Shown: piece after piece, positions 1 through 13,283 of the stretch
Layout of the letters: each line of letters starts with the position of its first letter
Numbering within the stretch: the stretch's first letter is position 1
Source of the DNA: the human T2T-CHM13v2.0 reference genome, Homo sapiens
Assembly (NCBI RefSeq): GCF_009914755.1
Contig: NC_060927.1
Direction: 5' to 3' (one strand)
DNA length: 64,000 nt
The notes under the pieces: generated by a model
Databases searched by the model: none
What the model saw: the letters and a program-made list of their open reading frames with translations, nothing else
What the model was told of the DNA's origin: nothing
Translations under genes and position numbers: made by a program

Positions 1-449
1 TGAGCCAGACAACACATGAAATGACAACCTGACAGCCACTGGAGGTGCATAAAGAAATATTCCCATCTGGCTATAAAATGGGAATAGTTATGATCAAAGG
101 ATGAACAGCTTGCATAAGAACACAGAGTAGGGATCAACTAATTTTGCTTTGTGAAGTACAGGAAGGAGCTACATAAAATTAGATGAAAAATCGGGGCAAG
201 GATATGTCATTCAGATGAAACAAAATGCACATGCCACTGAGGCATGAATGCTTCCAATGGGTGTAGGGAAGCTTGAAAAGGTCCAGGAACTGGAGCTTAA
301 AGTAATTGTGTTCAACCTCCATGAAAAGCTCTCTGATTGTAATGTGGCAGCTGGAATGGCTTTAGGAAGAGTGTCGAGGGAATCCAGGTAAGAGATAGGT
401 AGTTTCTGAGCAGAACCAATGACACCACATACAGAAATAATCTGGGACC

Positions 450-720
450 AGCAGTGCACAGTGTTCACTCCACCTGGAAAGCCCTTACCATTTCTCCTTC
501 AAACTCTTCCTTCAATTGTTGCTCAAGGTTTACCTCCTTTAGGAAGCCTTCCTTGACTACAGAGGTTGAGTTACGTAACCCTCATCTGGGCACGTATTGC
601 CCCTGTGCTGCCTCTATTATAGCACTTCTCAAACTGCTATTATAGCACTTCTCAAACTGTAAACATTTTCATGTGAAATGTTAAATTACTTCAATTCATT
701 TGCTCACATGAGCATCCAAT
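450..720 (+). mobile_element. degenerate L2 (LINE-2) 3' fragment
   Basis: L2-like text 'cacctggaaagccctt...tttacctcctttaggaagccttccttgac'; heavily diverged, boundaries approximate. Confidence 0.45.
614..659. repeat. perfect 23-bp tandem duplication
   Basis: ctattatagcacttctcaaactg at 614-636 and again at 637-659. Confidence 0.95.
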
Positions 721-3446
721 AGAGTCTGACAGTGTGGAGGTAGAGAACAAATCAGATAGGAGTCTAGAAATCTTAGAAATACGTGAAACTGGATTTAAAA
801 AATGAGAAATGGAATGCAATTTGGATTCAAAGCCTTGGGGAGAGGAATTCATGCAAGTGGAAACAGCCCAAGAAAACACAGATGTGGGAAAGCAAAGGGC
901 GAGTGAAGCACGTTTTTTGAGTTTAGTTTAATCATGAGGTAAGTGAGGGTGATGCACTGGAAGCCATTTGAGGAAATTGAGGTCCTATAGTTTAGAACTT
1001 CTAATTCTAGATAAAGACTTAAGACATTGATTCTAAGAAGAATAGCAGCCTAAGACTTTTTTTTTTTTTAAGAATCCAAATGACACAGAACTGTGCTTCT
1101 AACAATGACCGGCAGTTGTAGGTAGGATAAGAGGCAGAGAAAACTACTTGCAGCAGAGAATCTAGTTACGAAACTCTGCTTTGGGCAAAACAGAGAAGTA
1201 ATACTGCTAAGCCAAGGTATTAAGAGATGTCTTACTCATTTTGGGGGGTGGTGAGGGAGGATCTCACTGTAAGGTGTACCAAAGCAGTTAGTACAAATAT
1301 GTATAAAAGGGTAGATGAAAGACAAAATTGCTTCCTAGGGGTATAGCCTATCAAGTTGGCTCAGTCTTGTCATCTGCCAGTAAAAGGCAAAAACACTCTA
1401 CTTTGTCAAATATAGTGCTAACAATATGCATTGCCAGCCTCATTTGATATAGCAGAAAATGTAAACTCTGAAATGTAGGTAAAGATGTGAAGCTGGACTA
1501 CATTAAAAACAAAAAGTGTAGAAATGTCGAATTCCTTGATTCTCTGCTTTTCTTCCCAAGTACTCTCTGCTCACCATGGATAATCATGAAAAAGAAGGAG
1601 TAAAGGAATCTCTTTCTTCTAGGTCAATAAAACTATAACATATTTTAAAAATGCTCACTTAAGTAAGAAAGCCTACAATGGTTATTGGCAAATTGGGTTG
1701 GTAATTATTTGGAGCTGACATTTTTGGATTACAATTAATCAATAAGGCATAAGCCAAGGGTGTGTTACTTCCAGATAACACACTCCTTGGAAAGTGCTGT
1801 GAGGCATAAGGGGTGAATTAGAGCCTCCAATGAGCTGGGAAATGTGTTATCTCTCTGTAGCACAACTCTTAGGTTGTATTAATACCACATACATGGCATT
1901 AGATACACTAGTTGTTTATGGAGTGATTGTACCATGTAAAACATATGTTTAAAACATGTTTACCCTTGTGGGCCGGCAATGGTTGCTGATTTGGAAACAT
2001 CAGTCATAACATTCATTATCAACTAATAGGTGAATGGGCCATGACTTCTGCACTCTAAGCATTGTGCGCCCTGGGAGGTGTGTGCTCTGGGCGCTAGAGA
2101 CTAGCCCTTGATAACAATCCTTTTCATTTCAGTTGAGCTGTTTTAATGATTTCTTCCAGTTGGCACTTAAATATTTATGTAAATGAATGGAGTAAGGTAG
2201 TTCAAAATTGAATTTAAAATGCGAAGCTTTTTTTTTTCTTTCTATATCATTTTGACTGATTTTCATAACTAGGCTGCCAGTTACTGGGCTTGCATTTGAT
2301 TGACAGAAAGTGATTTCTAGTTCAGACAACATCAAACACCTCAGCACTTCATCCTGGAAGATGTTTCGGTAGTTAAAGAGACCACGCTGGACAAAGAACC
2401 CTTTAAAGCCAGCTCTTTCTTTCTCCTAGTGAGTACCACAGTGAGAAACACCAAGAGAAAGAAAGACCCATCTTTAATCTGTTTTGCTGAGGGAAATCAA
2501 AGAGAGTGAATTAAAACCAAGAGTAGCTTCTTATGCTCATTGGAGAGCCTCTTTTTCTCTGCTCCATTTGATATAACAAATAAGATCATCAAAGTAAGTC
2601 AAGCACAGGTCCAGAACCTGCTGCTCCTTGACCTCAGCTTCCTCCCTGCTTGCACAGCCTCCCTTGGAATTTCTTGTGATGTCAAATCACAAAGCTACAT
2701 GAAGTGGCTAGACCCCAGGAGCAGAGAGGAAATTTTATTTTTAGATTCCTTTTCTGTGACTCTAGTAAAATAATATGAAGTTCTTTTATGGCTCTATCTA
2801 AGAGTTTTAATAAATCTGTTGCATTTCAAAGCATGAAAGGGTGATAACAAAAAAATTCTCTCTTGACTGCTTCTAGCCACGAGGTCATCTTCAGAATATC
2901 TGTAGAGTCCCAGTGACATGGTGTCAACTGGTGTTCACTGCTGGAAGTTATAGGAAATTTCACCCCACCCAGTGTATACCTATCTCCAGATGTGTTACAT
3001 AAAAACATTTCATACAATGGAAATTTTTTTCATAGAAAATAACATACTTTATAATTTGGTGGTCTTACAGCATTTGATATGATTTAAAAAAATGCTTTCT
3101 TCACATGTTCCTCACTATTAAAATTTTTATTGAACACTTTGATAAACCTGTTTTAGTTAAAATTAAATTTAGAAATGGTGATAATATAATTATCAACATC
3201 ATCAAAATTTTTAGTATTACTAACAAATGGTCCACATAGTAACAAACAGAAATACCTTTCCTTTTATATTTTCTCATCCTTTGTTTTTTTCATGCTGTTT
3301 AGATTTTATGTGTCAGGAAGGCTCACATATATGCTTAGATTTTTTAATCAGACTGGCCAGAATTATGTATTTGGAAATAAGAGGCACAAATTGTGAGTGA
3401 TATAAAATAGGGTCTATTGGGAATGAAGTGGGTATTAATCATATAT

Positions 3447-4260
3447 TCATTTAGTGATTTAATAAATTTTAATTGTATGCCTGCTATACACCAGGTGCTC
3501 TTCTTGGAACCAAGAGTTCAGTGATGATTTTCCAAATGCATCATTTATATTTTTATATAAATCATTATATTTTTACATAAAATATACAGTTTTACATAAA
3601 CCTATCTAATAAATAACTTTTAATTATTTAGCCTTATTTATAAAATCAAAAGTACCTTTAAGTGGATACGATTTACCAGGCTTTGTATTAGAAAAAGCAG
3701 AGAATATCAATACCAGGCAGCCATCTCTGCCTTCTGTAAACATAGACTCTAACAGGAGGAATAAAGCAGTTAACTTAATACACGTAATATAATGAAAAAT
3801 ATGCCTTGAAATGAAAGTAAAAATTGAATGCAACAAGATTCAGGAGGAGTCACATCAGACTCAAGAAAACGGGAAGGCTTTGGACAACGGCAAAAGCTCA
3901 GAATGAGAGAAACCATGAGCACTTTTGCAGGAATAGTCCACTTTGTCTAAAGTAGGAGATGTGTGTGCATGATCATGGAAAATTCACTTAGAAAGGCTAC
4001 AGATGATCCCATTGTGATATGACACAAAGGCCAGGTTAATTAGTTTATGGTATGCCATTAGTCAATGGCCAGGAGTAGAAGCATTCTGAAAAAGCAAATG
4101 TCTTGATCAAAGTACTGTTTTAAAAAATAAGTCTAGTAGGTAAAATATTGGGACAGAAAGAAAATGAAGGCAGAGAGAACTAGTTGGGACGTTCTTGTAA
4201 TTATAATTCCAAAACTTCCTGTCTGAGTAATTGCCAGATCAGATTGTGGGAGAAAGAAAA
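3447..4260 (-). mobile_element. degenerate L2 fragments
   Basis: 'tcatttagtgatttaataaatttttaattgtatgcctgctatacaccaggtgct' resembles an antisense L2 3' end; further L2-like text to ~4260. Confidence 0.45.
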
Positions 4261-6284
4261 TGAGCACATGAAACACTCTTGACTGCCCCAAAGAGCCATA
4301 TCAATTAGGTTTCAATCTGGAAGGCTCATCACTTCTTCAGGGAAAACAACAACAATAAGAAAATACAGGGGGGAAATAAACACAGAAACAAAAATAATAT
4401 CTACTTGTAAGAGTGATGAGTGAGTGAAGAGGAAGATAAGAAATTAGTAAGGATGAGAAGTGAGAAAAAAAAAATAACTCCAGAATTTGGCAAAATCTCA
4501 GTAGTCGACATGTTATACCACTCCCTTCTTGAAATACCCCTTTTTTGGATTTTGTCTGTTTTATTGTCAGTATCTCTTAATCTTATCCCTTTCCACCCCT
4601 TCCTCCAATATATTATGTTGGGAATTCTTTTGTGCATAGAAAAACATTTAAGTTACAGTTGTAATTTGTGCCATTTGATTCTGTAATCTTAGGTAGTCGG
4701 CATCGAACTCCAATTTTCCGACACACTATTCTTCAAACTAATGAATAGTTTTAATTAATTTATTTATTATTAAACAATGGAGTTAAGGGGACAAGTATCT
4801 CAATTTTTTTCCAGTGACAAGCTTTCTTTTCGGCTCACATAATTATGTAAGAGTAATATTAACTTTTGCCTTAACACTATTTTTCAACGACTCCTGTGCA
4901 TTTTTTATAATTGTTATCCATGTCAACAAGGAAGAAAAACTCCCCTCTATTGTGATGTAACTGCAAAAGTAGGACCACAGATGTCAATTAAAATACTAAG
5001 GCTAGCAATGAATCTTCAGTATTTTTATATACATATGGCCTTTCCCTTTCTAAGAGAAGCGTTGCAATTCTTTTAATCATTATATTCCACTCTAGGCAGT
5101 AAACCCAGATTGAACTGGGTTTTACTGACAAAATTGTACAGTTCACACAAAACGGATTTTCAAAGTGGCATTTCAACAAGCTGAATTCACCATTTTTAAT
5201 AGATAAAGGCACTAGGGCTGTAACTCTCATCTTTAAGAATAAAGGCTACTTTCCAGTACAACTGTTCTTTATTTTAATTTGTGCCTGAGATGCTTTGTGA
5301 AACACAAGGTCATTTAAAATTAGGGATAAGGCATTTTTTTTCCATCATTTCCATTTCATCATATGCAATTTTTGATCACAATGTAGCTTGCGTAAAACTG
5401 CAAATCCTTCAAATTATGGGGTTTGTTTCCAGCCCGCTGAGAGGGAAATTAGATATAGAACTTCTGTCTCCTGTTAATGTTAATGGGAATTGCATGTCTA
5501 ATTCCCTTAGAAGCCCAGAACAAATGTATGCTTATGAGTCAGCATTACTGGGTTTTCAGGGCCTTTACCCTTTAAAAGTGTCATTAGTTTGAATAATAGC
5601 CAATCCCTCTGGTTACTCCAAACACAGCCCCAGCTACTGTAGTTGGAATCTCTAAGACTTCAGCTCTCACAAATAGCCTGAACTACTCTCAAATCTGAAC
5701 ACTCCCATATGTTAGCCACTTTTGTCCATTTGGAATAAAATTCAAACTCCCAAATTATTCAGTTTTTATGTTTGTATCTTAAACTTTTATATTGTGAGGG
5801 TAATACTTCTTAGGCAGTAAGATTATTTTTTATGATTCATTTTTAAAAAGTGCTTTTTTTCATTTGACTCCTCAGAAATGTATTCACTTTTGCTGTGCAT
5901 TTTCTCTGATTACACTATTAAAAAATATTACCCCTTACAGGCAAAATTATTTAAAACAATTCTGTGTATTGCGCTTTGTTCCTGAAGTTTTTGTTCTCAG
6001 TAATATTATAGTGATATTCATTGCTGAGTAATCAATTATATTGCATTACATCATAAGTAGAGAAGGGCATCTTTTTGTAAAAGTAAGATGATGTCAATGA
6101 GGTTTTCAAAATCAAGAAGAATTTCAGAAACACCTCATTGATATTTTTTGTTTGAATGAAAGATTCTATTTTTTTAATCTTGCTGAATGGAAATAATTGA
6201 AGAATATTTTAAAAGAAAGGGCAATGATACAGAAACTTGACCAACTGTTATGACTGTCATCATGAGCCAGCTCTTTCCTATAAT

Positions 6285-6425
6285 CTTGTTACTCACAGTG
6301 TGTCCTCACCTGGAAACATTTTAGAAATTCAAAATCTCCTTCCTGTCCCAGTCCTTTTGAATCTGCATATTCATACATTTCATAGATGAATTTTCTACTT
6401 ACTGAGTTTGGAGAGCACTGCTCCC
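6285..6425. mobile_element. MER5-type hAT-Charlie MITE
   Basis: 'cacctggaaacattttagaaattcaaaatctc...gaatctgcat...agtttggagagcactg' follows the MER5A layout. Confidence 0.55.
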
Positions 6426-6677
6426 TAATACTTAAACAAACTCTAAGCATTTAGAATTAGTATGCTTTTGAAACCAGAATTTTTTTTTCATAATATTCCG
6501 TCTTATATAGAAACCAGTGACCATTCATTAAGTTGTAGACATTTGCTTTTTCTGTTAAATTTTTTCCTTACAACATAAAAAGAGCTCCTATAAAGCAATC
6601 AAAGACTTGAACAGTGTATGTGTTCTGGAAACATAAATGAGCACATTTGTCTCACCAGATAATCATTTATTTAATTT

Positions 6678-6900
6678 ATTGGTTCTTAAAGTAAAGATGC
6701 ATGAGAATAACCATTGAGTTTATAAAATGCAGAGTCTTGGGACACCATCCCCATTCCAATCCCCATCCCCATCCTCCACCATCCATCTCCCATCCCCAGC
6801 TGTCTCTATTATATTAGTCTAGTTGGCATCTAGAATCTGTGTTTTTTAAAATCACCCCAGATGATGTGAGATTTCCCTTGAAAACACTTTGAGACAAATG
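6678..6900. mobile_element. MER5-type MITE with internal (CCCCAT)n-like expansion
   Basis: 'ggttcttaaagt...tgcatgagaataacc...aaaatgcagagtcttggg...gaatctgtgttttttaaaatcaccccagatgat'. Confidence 0.55.
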
Positions 6901-7714
6901 ATCTAATTCTTTTTATATGCCAAATGTGTTCTTTTCATTCCTGAGCTGTATGGCATAGTTCTAAGTTACCACAATTTTGCATTTTGTAGTTCAGGCAAAA
7001 AATGTGGGTAAATAGTTAGAAATAACACCACTGAGCCTTGAAACTTTTCATTTACCTGTTAATGAAAATATCAAAGTCTCTATGTGACTAGGAGTAATTG
7101 TATAATATGATTTCAAAAAGGTATAGCCAAAATTTTGTTTTCAGCCATAGCTCATTGAGGGTATTAATTTTGCCATTTTTTAAAATGTAAGGTGCCATAA
7201 TTTGAATATTTAAGAAATAATTATGCTGACTTTTAAAATTGTGCCATCAAAATAAGGACTAAAATTAATATAATGTTTGAATATTTGAATTCTTGAATAA
7301 ATAACAGTTCAGTGACTAAAGTGTTGTCAATCTCTCTGTGTCTAGGGATTTTTTCAACCATTTCAGAGTTTAATATTGTAAAGATTTTATTTATTCAGAA
7401 ATAATTAATGGAGATATGAAAATGAATATATTGTTCAGGGGAAGTCTACAGATAAACACACACATGCCAAAGTCCAATATTTCAAAGAGAGTATAAATGA
7501 AAATGAGAAGATGAAGAAGTAGTTTTCAGATGCATTTGAAGAGAAGCGAACAGAGAAATAGGAAGAAAACAGGAAAACACGTTTGAAATTAAATTAATTT
7601 CAGCCACAAAAATAAAAATAATTACTTTCCTCATATATTGGGGACACTTAAAAAGCATACTTATAGTTAACCCTTAAGCAAGAAAGAAAATAAGATTGAA
7701 ACTAATGAATATTT

Positions 7715-8260
7715 GATATTGTGAAGAGTGCTGCAATGAACATACACATACATGTGTCTTTATAACAGAATGATTTATAGTCCTTTGGGTATATACCCAG
7801 AAATGGGATTGCTGGGTTGAATGATATTTCTGTCTTTAGGTCTTTGAGGAATCGTCACACTGTCTTCCACAAAGCCTGAACTAATTTACACTCCCACCAA
7901 CAGCGTATAAACGTTCTTTTCTCCACAACCTCACCAGCATCTGTTATTTTTTGAAGCCATTATCCTCAGCAAACTAACACAGGAACAGAAAACCAAATAC
8001 TGCTTGTTCTTACTTAGAAGTTGGAGCTAAATGATGAGAACACATGGACACATAGAGGGGAACAACACGCACTGGGGCTTATTGGAGGGTGGAGGGTGGA
8101 GGGTAGGAGGAAGGAGAGGATCAGCAAAAATAACTCATAAGTACTAGGTTTAATATCTGGGCAATGAAATAATCTGTATAAAAAATGTCCATGACACAAG
8201 TCTACCTGTGTAACAAACCTGCACTAGTACCATTACACTTAAAATAAACGTTTTAAAAAA
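7715..8260 (+). mobile_element. 5'-inverted (twin-primed) L1 stub, L1PA13-16-type
   Basis: 7715-7954 is the antisense L1 ORF2 end; 7953-8260 is sense 'gaagccattatcctcagcaaactaac' plus 3'UTR and A tail; TSD gaaactaatgaatattt (7698-7714) / gaaaataatgaatactt (8261-8277), 15/17 identical. Confidence 0.9.
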
Positions 8261-8847
8261 GAAAATAATGAATACTTACTACAAAATGTCAATTACAATG
8301 AACATATCTGTCATCAAAGCCTGAGGATGCATTAAAAGGTGGCAAACGGAGGGTAACCTATAGCGTTGAAGTACAAAATGAACAGCTGAAAATATATATG
8401 ACAAGTGTGTTAAATACAAGAAGCTAGACATAAGTAAAATAAATTAAACTTAAAGAAAAAAGAAATGAAGTTAATAATAAAATAGATATCAAAAATAAAT
8501 AATATGGATGTATTGCTATTTATTAAATATTATATTGAATATTGATATATAGATATTTTATTTACAAGGCCTAGTGAATATGGTAAATTTTACCGAGATT
8601 AATCAATTGTATAATAAGACAACAATAACAGCAAATTGAAGGCACCCAGGGAAGTTTCATGTTATGGAAGTCAATGGAAATGACTGTGATAAGAAAGAAT
8701 AGTTGAATAAATTAAGACCTAAGAATTCTCCACTTGACTGGGGCAAGGGCATCAGGTGAATTTGGAGACAACAATTTTAAGAAATTTTGGGTGTTGTAGG
8801 AGAAAATAAGGTTACTCTGTTTTAGGAATAAATAATATATTAAGAAT

Positions 8848-8901
8848 TGAAGACAATAAAGATAATGAAGACAGTAAAGGTAGTAAAGACAATGAAGACA
8901 G
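8848..8901. repeat. degenerate 9-bp tandem repeat (~6 units)
   Basis: tgaagacaa taaagataa tgaagacag taaaggtag taaagacaa tgaagacag. Confidence 0.7.
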
Positions 8902-10080
8902 AGTATTCAATACTTTTTGTTGTAAAGGGAAGGGGAGAGACAGTGAGAAGCTGGTAGGGAACATGAGACAGAAGGAAGTTTTTCATATTTCAGCTGTGAG
9001 GGTTGAAGATGCAGGCATAAGGGTAGTTGATTGGACAAGCTCATGGGGCATGTAGGAAGGGAATGGATACAGAGCACAGGTGAGAGAAAGAGCCGTAGAG
9101 GTTTTATTACAAGAGAAACTAAGGAAGAAATAATAGGTGCAGACACAGTTATAGTTGCAAGTTTGTCAGTTCTTTGCTAATAGATTTTACTTTGTTTTGA
9201 AGCAGAAAGCAAAGTTATAGGACAAAATAGAGAAGTAGTTATACTCAGAGGTTTGAGTAAAAAAAGCAACTTAGAATAATCACCCTGGAAAGTGAGGTAG
9301 TAAGCAGATCAGACAAAGATCACAGCATGGCCAGACATGAATGAATTTGAAGATCATGAAGCTATAGTAGCCCTAATCTGCACAGTTAAATTTTTCTTTT
9401 CATCTCTACCCAGTAAGCTGGGTGAGGTTGAATTTATCAAGGGTTAAGATTTCCCAGATAGGTTTTGTCAGAAAGAGGAGTGAAAAAAGTTGTGGAAATA
9501 GATAAAAGAATGGTTTAAAATTATGGACAATGGGATTTGAATTGGATGAACAAAGAAGTGGCTCATAAAAGGGATTAGCAGATACTGGGAAGTGGTGAAA
9601 GCCATAGTTGAGCAAGTAGAAAAGTGAGAGACTGGAATGTCAAATTCAACAACCTTCTGGACAGTGAGTAATCCATGATCATTGCAGGATTTAGGGTGAG
9701 GAAATCTGGGAGCAAGTGCAAAGCATCTGACAGATGAAGGGGCCTGATGAGAGGTCATGTCAGCGCAAAGGAGGCAAAGGGCTTCTAGTTAACAGGGTGG
9801 AGAAATTTGGATCTGTCCATCTTAGTGTGAAGAGAGGAGGATGCGACATCACTCTCACTGCAGGGTAAGGCATGTGGAGAGTGAGCAGTTTGTATTTGAC
9901 AAGGTGAAGTTATATCCCCAGTGAAGAGCCAGGTTTTACTTAAGGCCAGTGGACAATGAGAATGTTCTGGGAGGAGGGTAAAGAACTAGGTAGTTTGTCC
10001 ATCAGAGAATAGAAAGATTTCAAAGGGTAGCAGTAAAATCAGATGGTACAGCCCATTTGAAAGAAATAATAGAGTATGAG

Positions 10081-10413
<333 letters not shown>

Positions 10414-11099
10414 TTAATCATGAGCAATGAATAAAATGTCTACTCCAAGCTATGAATGATTAGACAGTCCAAAATATTGCCAAAGAACTAGTCTGGTGGA
10501 AGCCAAGAATTTAGGTAAATGATTTTTGAAGCATATGCTTACAATACATAGTTGCTTATATTTTTCAGTGACATCCTCACTCTTTTCATGTGGAGACTTT
10601 CTGTATTGATTTCTGGAGACCAAAAACAACTATTTCTGGTGTGTGTTATCTTTTCTGTTACAAACGGCATCATTTTCTGAAGATAAGAAGAGAGTGAGCT
10701 GCATAGAGTTAAAAATTTATGTAGTTTTAAAACCTGACAGAGCAATAAAGCAATAGCAGGCCTAAGGAGAGGGATAAGATATCAGAAAACTTCTTCATCC
10801 TGCTGTGGGTCTGGCCTGGATTTTGCAGAGGATTTTGTTCCCTAGAAGATGGACAGCACTCAGGGTCAGATGAGAGGGAAAGGGAAGAACTGAGAATACT
10901 TAGGTACATGATAAAAGGTGTGATGGCAAGATGAGCTTTATATATGTATAGGTACATTGGTTAATGATTCTTTAGAGGTTGAGATATCAGGAGTCAGTAA
11001 GAAAATACAACTGTGGAAGGCAATCTTGGGAACAAGACATTTAGCTTTAGGAAGTATGATCTTATTTTATTTCACACCATTTTTCCTAGTACTTAATGA

Positions 11100-11490
11100 G
11101 TTTCAGTGACTTGGCCCTTCTTTCAATTTCTCAATCAAGTCATGCTTCTTCTTGCCCCATGCCCTTTGCACGTGCCATTCCTTTAATCAAGAATATTCTT
11201 GCTTCTCATTATCTTAGACAATCCCTACTCATTCTTATGATCTCAGCTTAAGTGTAACCTCCAAGTTAGTCCTCCTATTACTTTTTAAATAGTTCTTGGA
11301 GTTTTCTTTACAGGAAATTTAATTACGTAGTTATTTGCCCTAATCATACAATCAACATCCTTCTCAGTCACATGTCCCTAAGCCCCATGTGGGCAGGGAA
11401 CAAAAAAGCTTTCTTTACTGCAAAGTTTTAGCACTTAAGGGAGCACCTGGCACAATGCCAAGTGCTTTAAATGGCTGATTAAGTGAATCA
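11100..11490 (+). mobile_element. L2 3' fragment
   Basis: 'gccctttgcacgtgccattcc...ctcagcttaagtgtaacctcc...gggcaggga...cacctggcaca...agtgctttaaatggctgattaagtgaat' is a typical L2 3' end. Confidence 0.6.
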
Positions 11491-12938
11491 GCACAAAAAT
11501 GCCAAGTGTTTTTAAATGTACAATTATAAAAATTTAGCACTATGAAAACCTGTGTGAATCAGGTGTAAATTATTTATTACTGTACAAATATTTCTATTAA
11601 ATAAAAAGATTTTAAGAAATGAACATTTATCTCCAATGAAACAGTATTCTCTCAGTCCAATTAAGCTAGTTTACTGTTGGATAAAATAGTAAGGATACCA
11701 GAATTACTTCTCTTACCACAGAAAATGAAATAACTTCTGTGTGAAACTAAGATTTGTGTTTGCATATTATATAATTAAAGATACATGTGTCAATATAGGT
11801 AGTTTCTAATGGGGTATTTCTCAAACTAGGTAGAACTGTGGTTCTTTTCAAGGAGTGGAGGGATGAACACCCATTTTATAGACTCTTTCAAAAGATCTAC
11901 AAACTCAATCTAGTTTGCAGCAGAAGAGGAAAGATTATTGTTTAAAATAAAATCAAATGTGTATCTTAAAGAGATTTTCATTGATAAACTGTGAGAGGAA
12001 AAGAGGCCACATAAGATACCTAAATACAAGAGGAAAGACACATAAAAAAAATCCCTAAAATGTTATGCTAGTGTAAGTAAGAATTATTTTAATAAAGCCC
12101 ATTAACTGATGGCATGTACAGCTCTTTTTCTTCCAGCTAAAAGGCATTAGAAAAAAAAAGTCAGTTGGAAAACGGACTGTTTGGCTTACTGAAGGAGTAA
12201 AGGCTACATAGACTTCTAATTAGATAATTAGTTTCAGTAATGTTAGGTGTGATTTTTTTTTGTTGAATCAGCCATACAAACAAAACATAAAAAGTGCAGC
12301 TTTAGGATAAAAATAAGGAGTAATAAGAATTCAAGTAATTGCAGGCTAGTTGTGACCTTAGGCAACTGAATTCATTGATTTCAATCCTTGGGCAAGAGAC
12401 TATAGAAAAGAATACCCATGAAAGCTTCCTTTCCAAACACCTGGCCAGACACATGGGTTAGGAAAAATCAGAGCAGTTCTGTTTTGTTTCAGTCTTTTTA
12501 AAAACAAAATCTTACAAGGCTCATGATAGACTTAGAAGAGGATATTTACAAACTAAGACTGTATTATTGGATAACTGAAAATGTTTTTAGAATGTACTTA
12601 ATTTTTTTAAAAAAATAACATTTACTGTTCTCTGGCTATACCATTATATATGGTTATTGTAAAAAGTAAAATCAAGAGAACAAAGAAATAACATGTGATA
12701 AAAATAATGTAATCGAACATGAAAATAGCTATTTGTAACTAATTCCAGCATTTGCCATTGCAGTCTCCTAATGTTAATGTTCAGAACAGAATGGCTAAAT
12801 CAAACTTTGGGATGACACATCAGACATGGGAAAAATAATTATCTGACTCAGCACAGCAGTAAAAGTCCTCAAATTCTTTCCTGCTGCCAACTGAAATTAT
12901 AGGCAACTATGGGTGTAACTGGAAAAAAACACCACAAG

Positions 12939-13283
12939 TGTTATGGTTTGAATGTGTCCTCTCCAAAATTTAACTATTACCAATGTGATGGTAGTAAGAA
13001 GTGGGGCCTTTGAGAGATGATTAGGTCATTAGGGTTCCCCCCTCCTTAATGGGACAAAGGCCCTTCTAAGAGAGGCATCATGAGGTGTTTGTCTAGCTTT
13101 TTAACTTATATTTCTCCCTTCTGCCATGTGAGGACACAGCAAGAAGGCCCTTACCAGACACCAGATGCAGGTGCCTTATGTTGGAGTTCCCAGCCTCCAG
13201 AATCCTAAGAAAATAAATTTCGCTTCTTTATAAATTACCCAGTCTTAGATATTCTGTTATAGCAGCACAAACAGACTAATATA
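12939..13283 (+). mobile_element. ERVL-MaLR LTR (MSTD/MSTC-like), 5' LTR
   Basis: Starts tgttatggtttgaatgtgtcc; contains 'ctgccatgtgaggacacagcaagaaggccc' and ends 'ataaattacccagtc...gttatagcagcacaaacagactaa'. Confidence 0.85.

Noticed and set aside
33-50. CTCF-like cagccactggaggtgca
   Set aside because: Weak match to the core consensus.
5534-5544. ATGAGTCAGCA Maf/AP-1 composite motif
   Set aside because: A single short motif that differs from the canonical TGACnnnGC ARE core; no other support.
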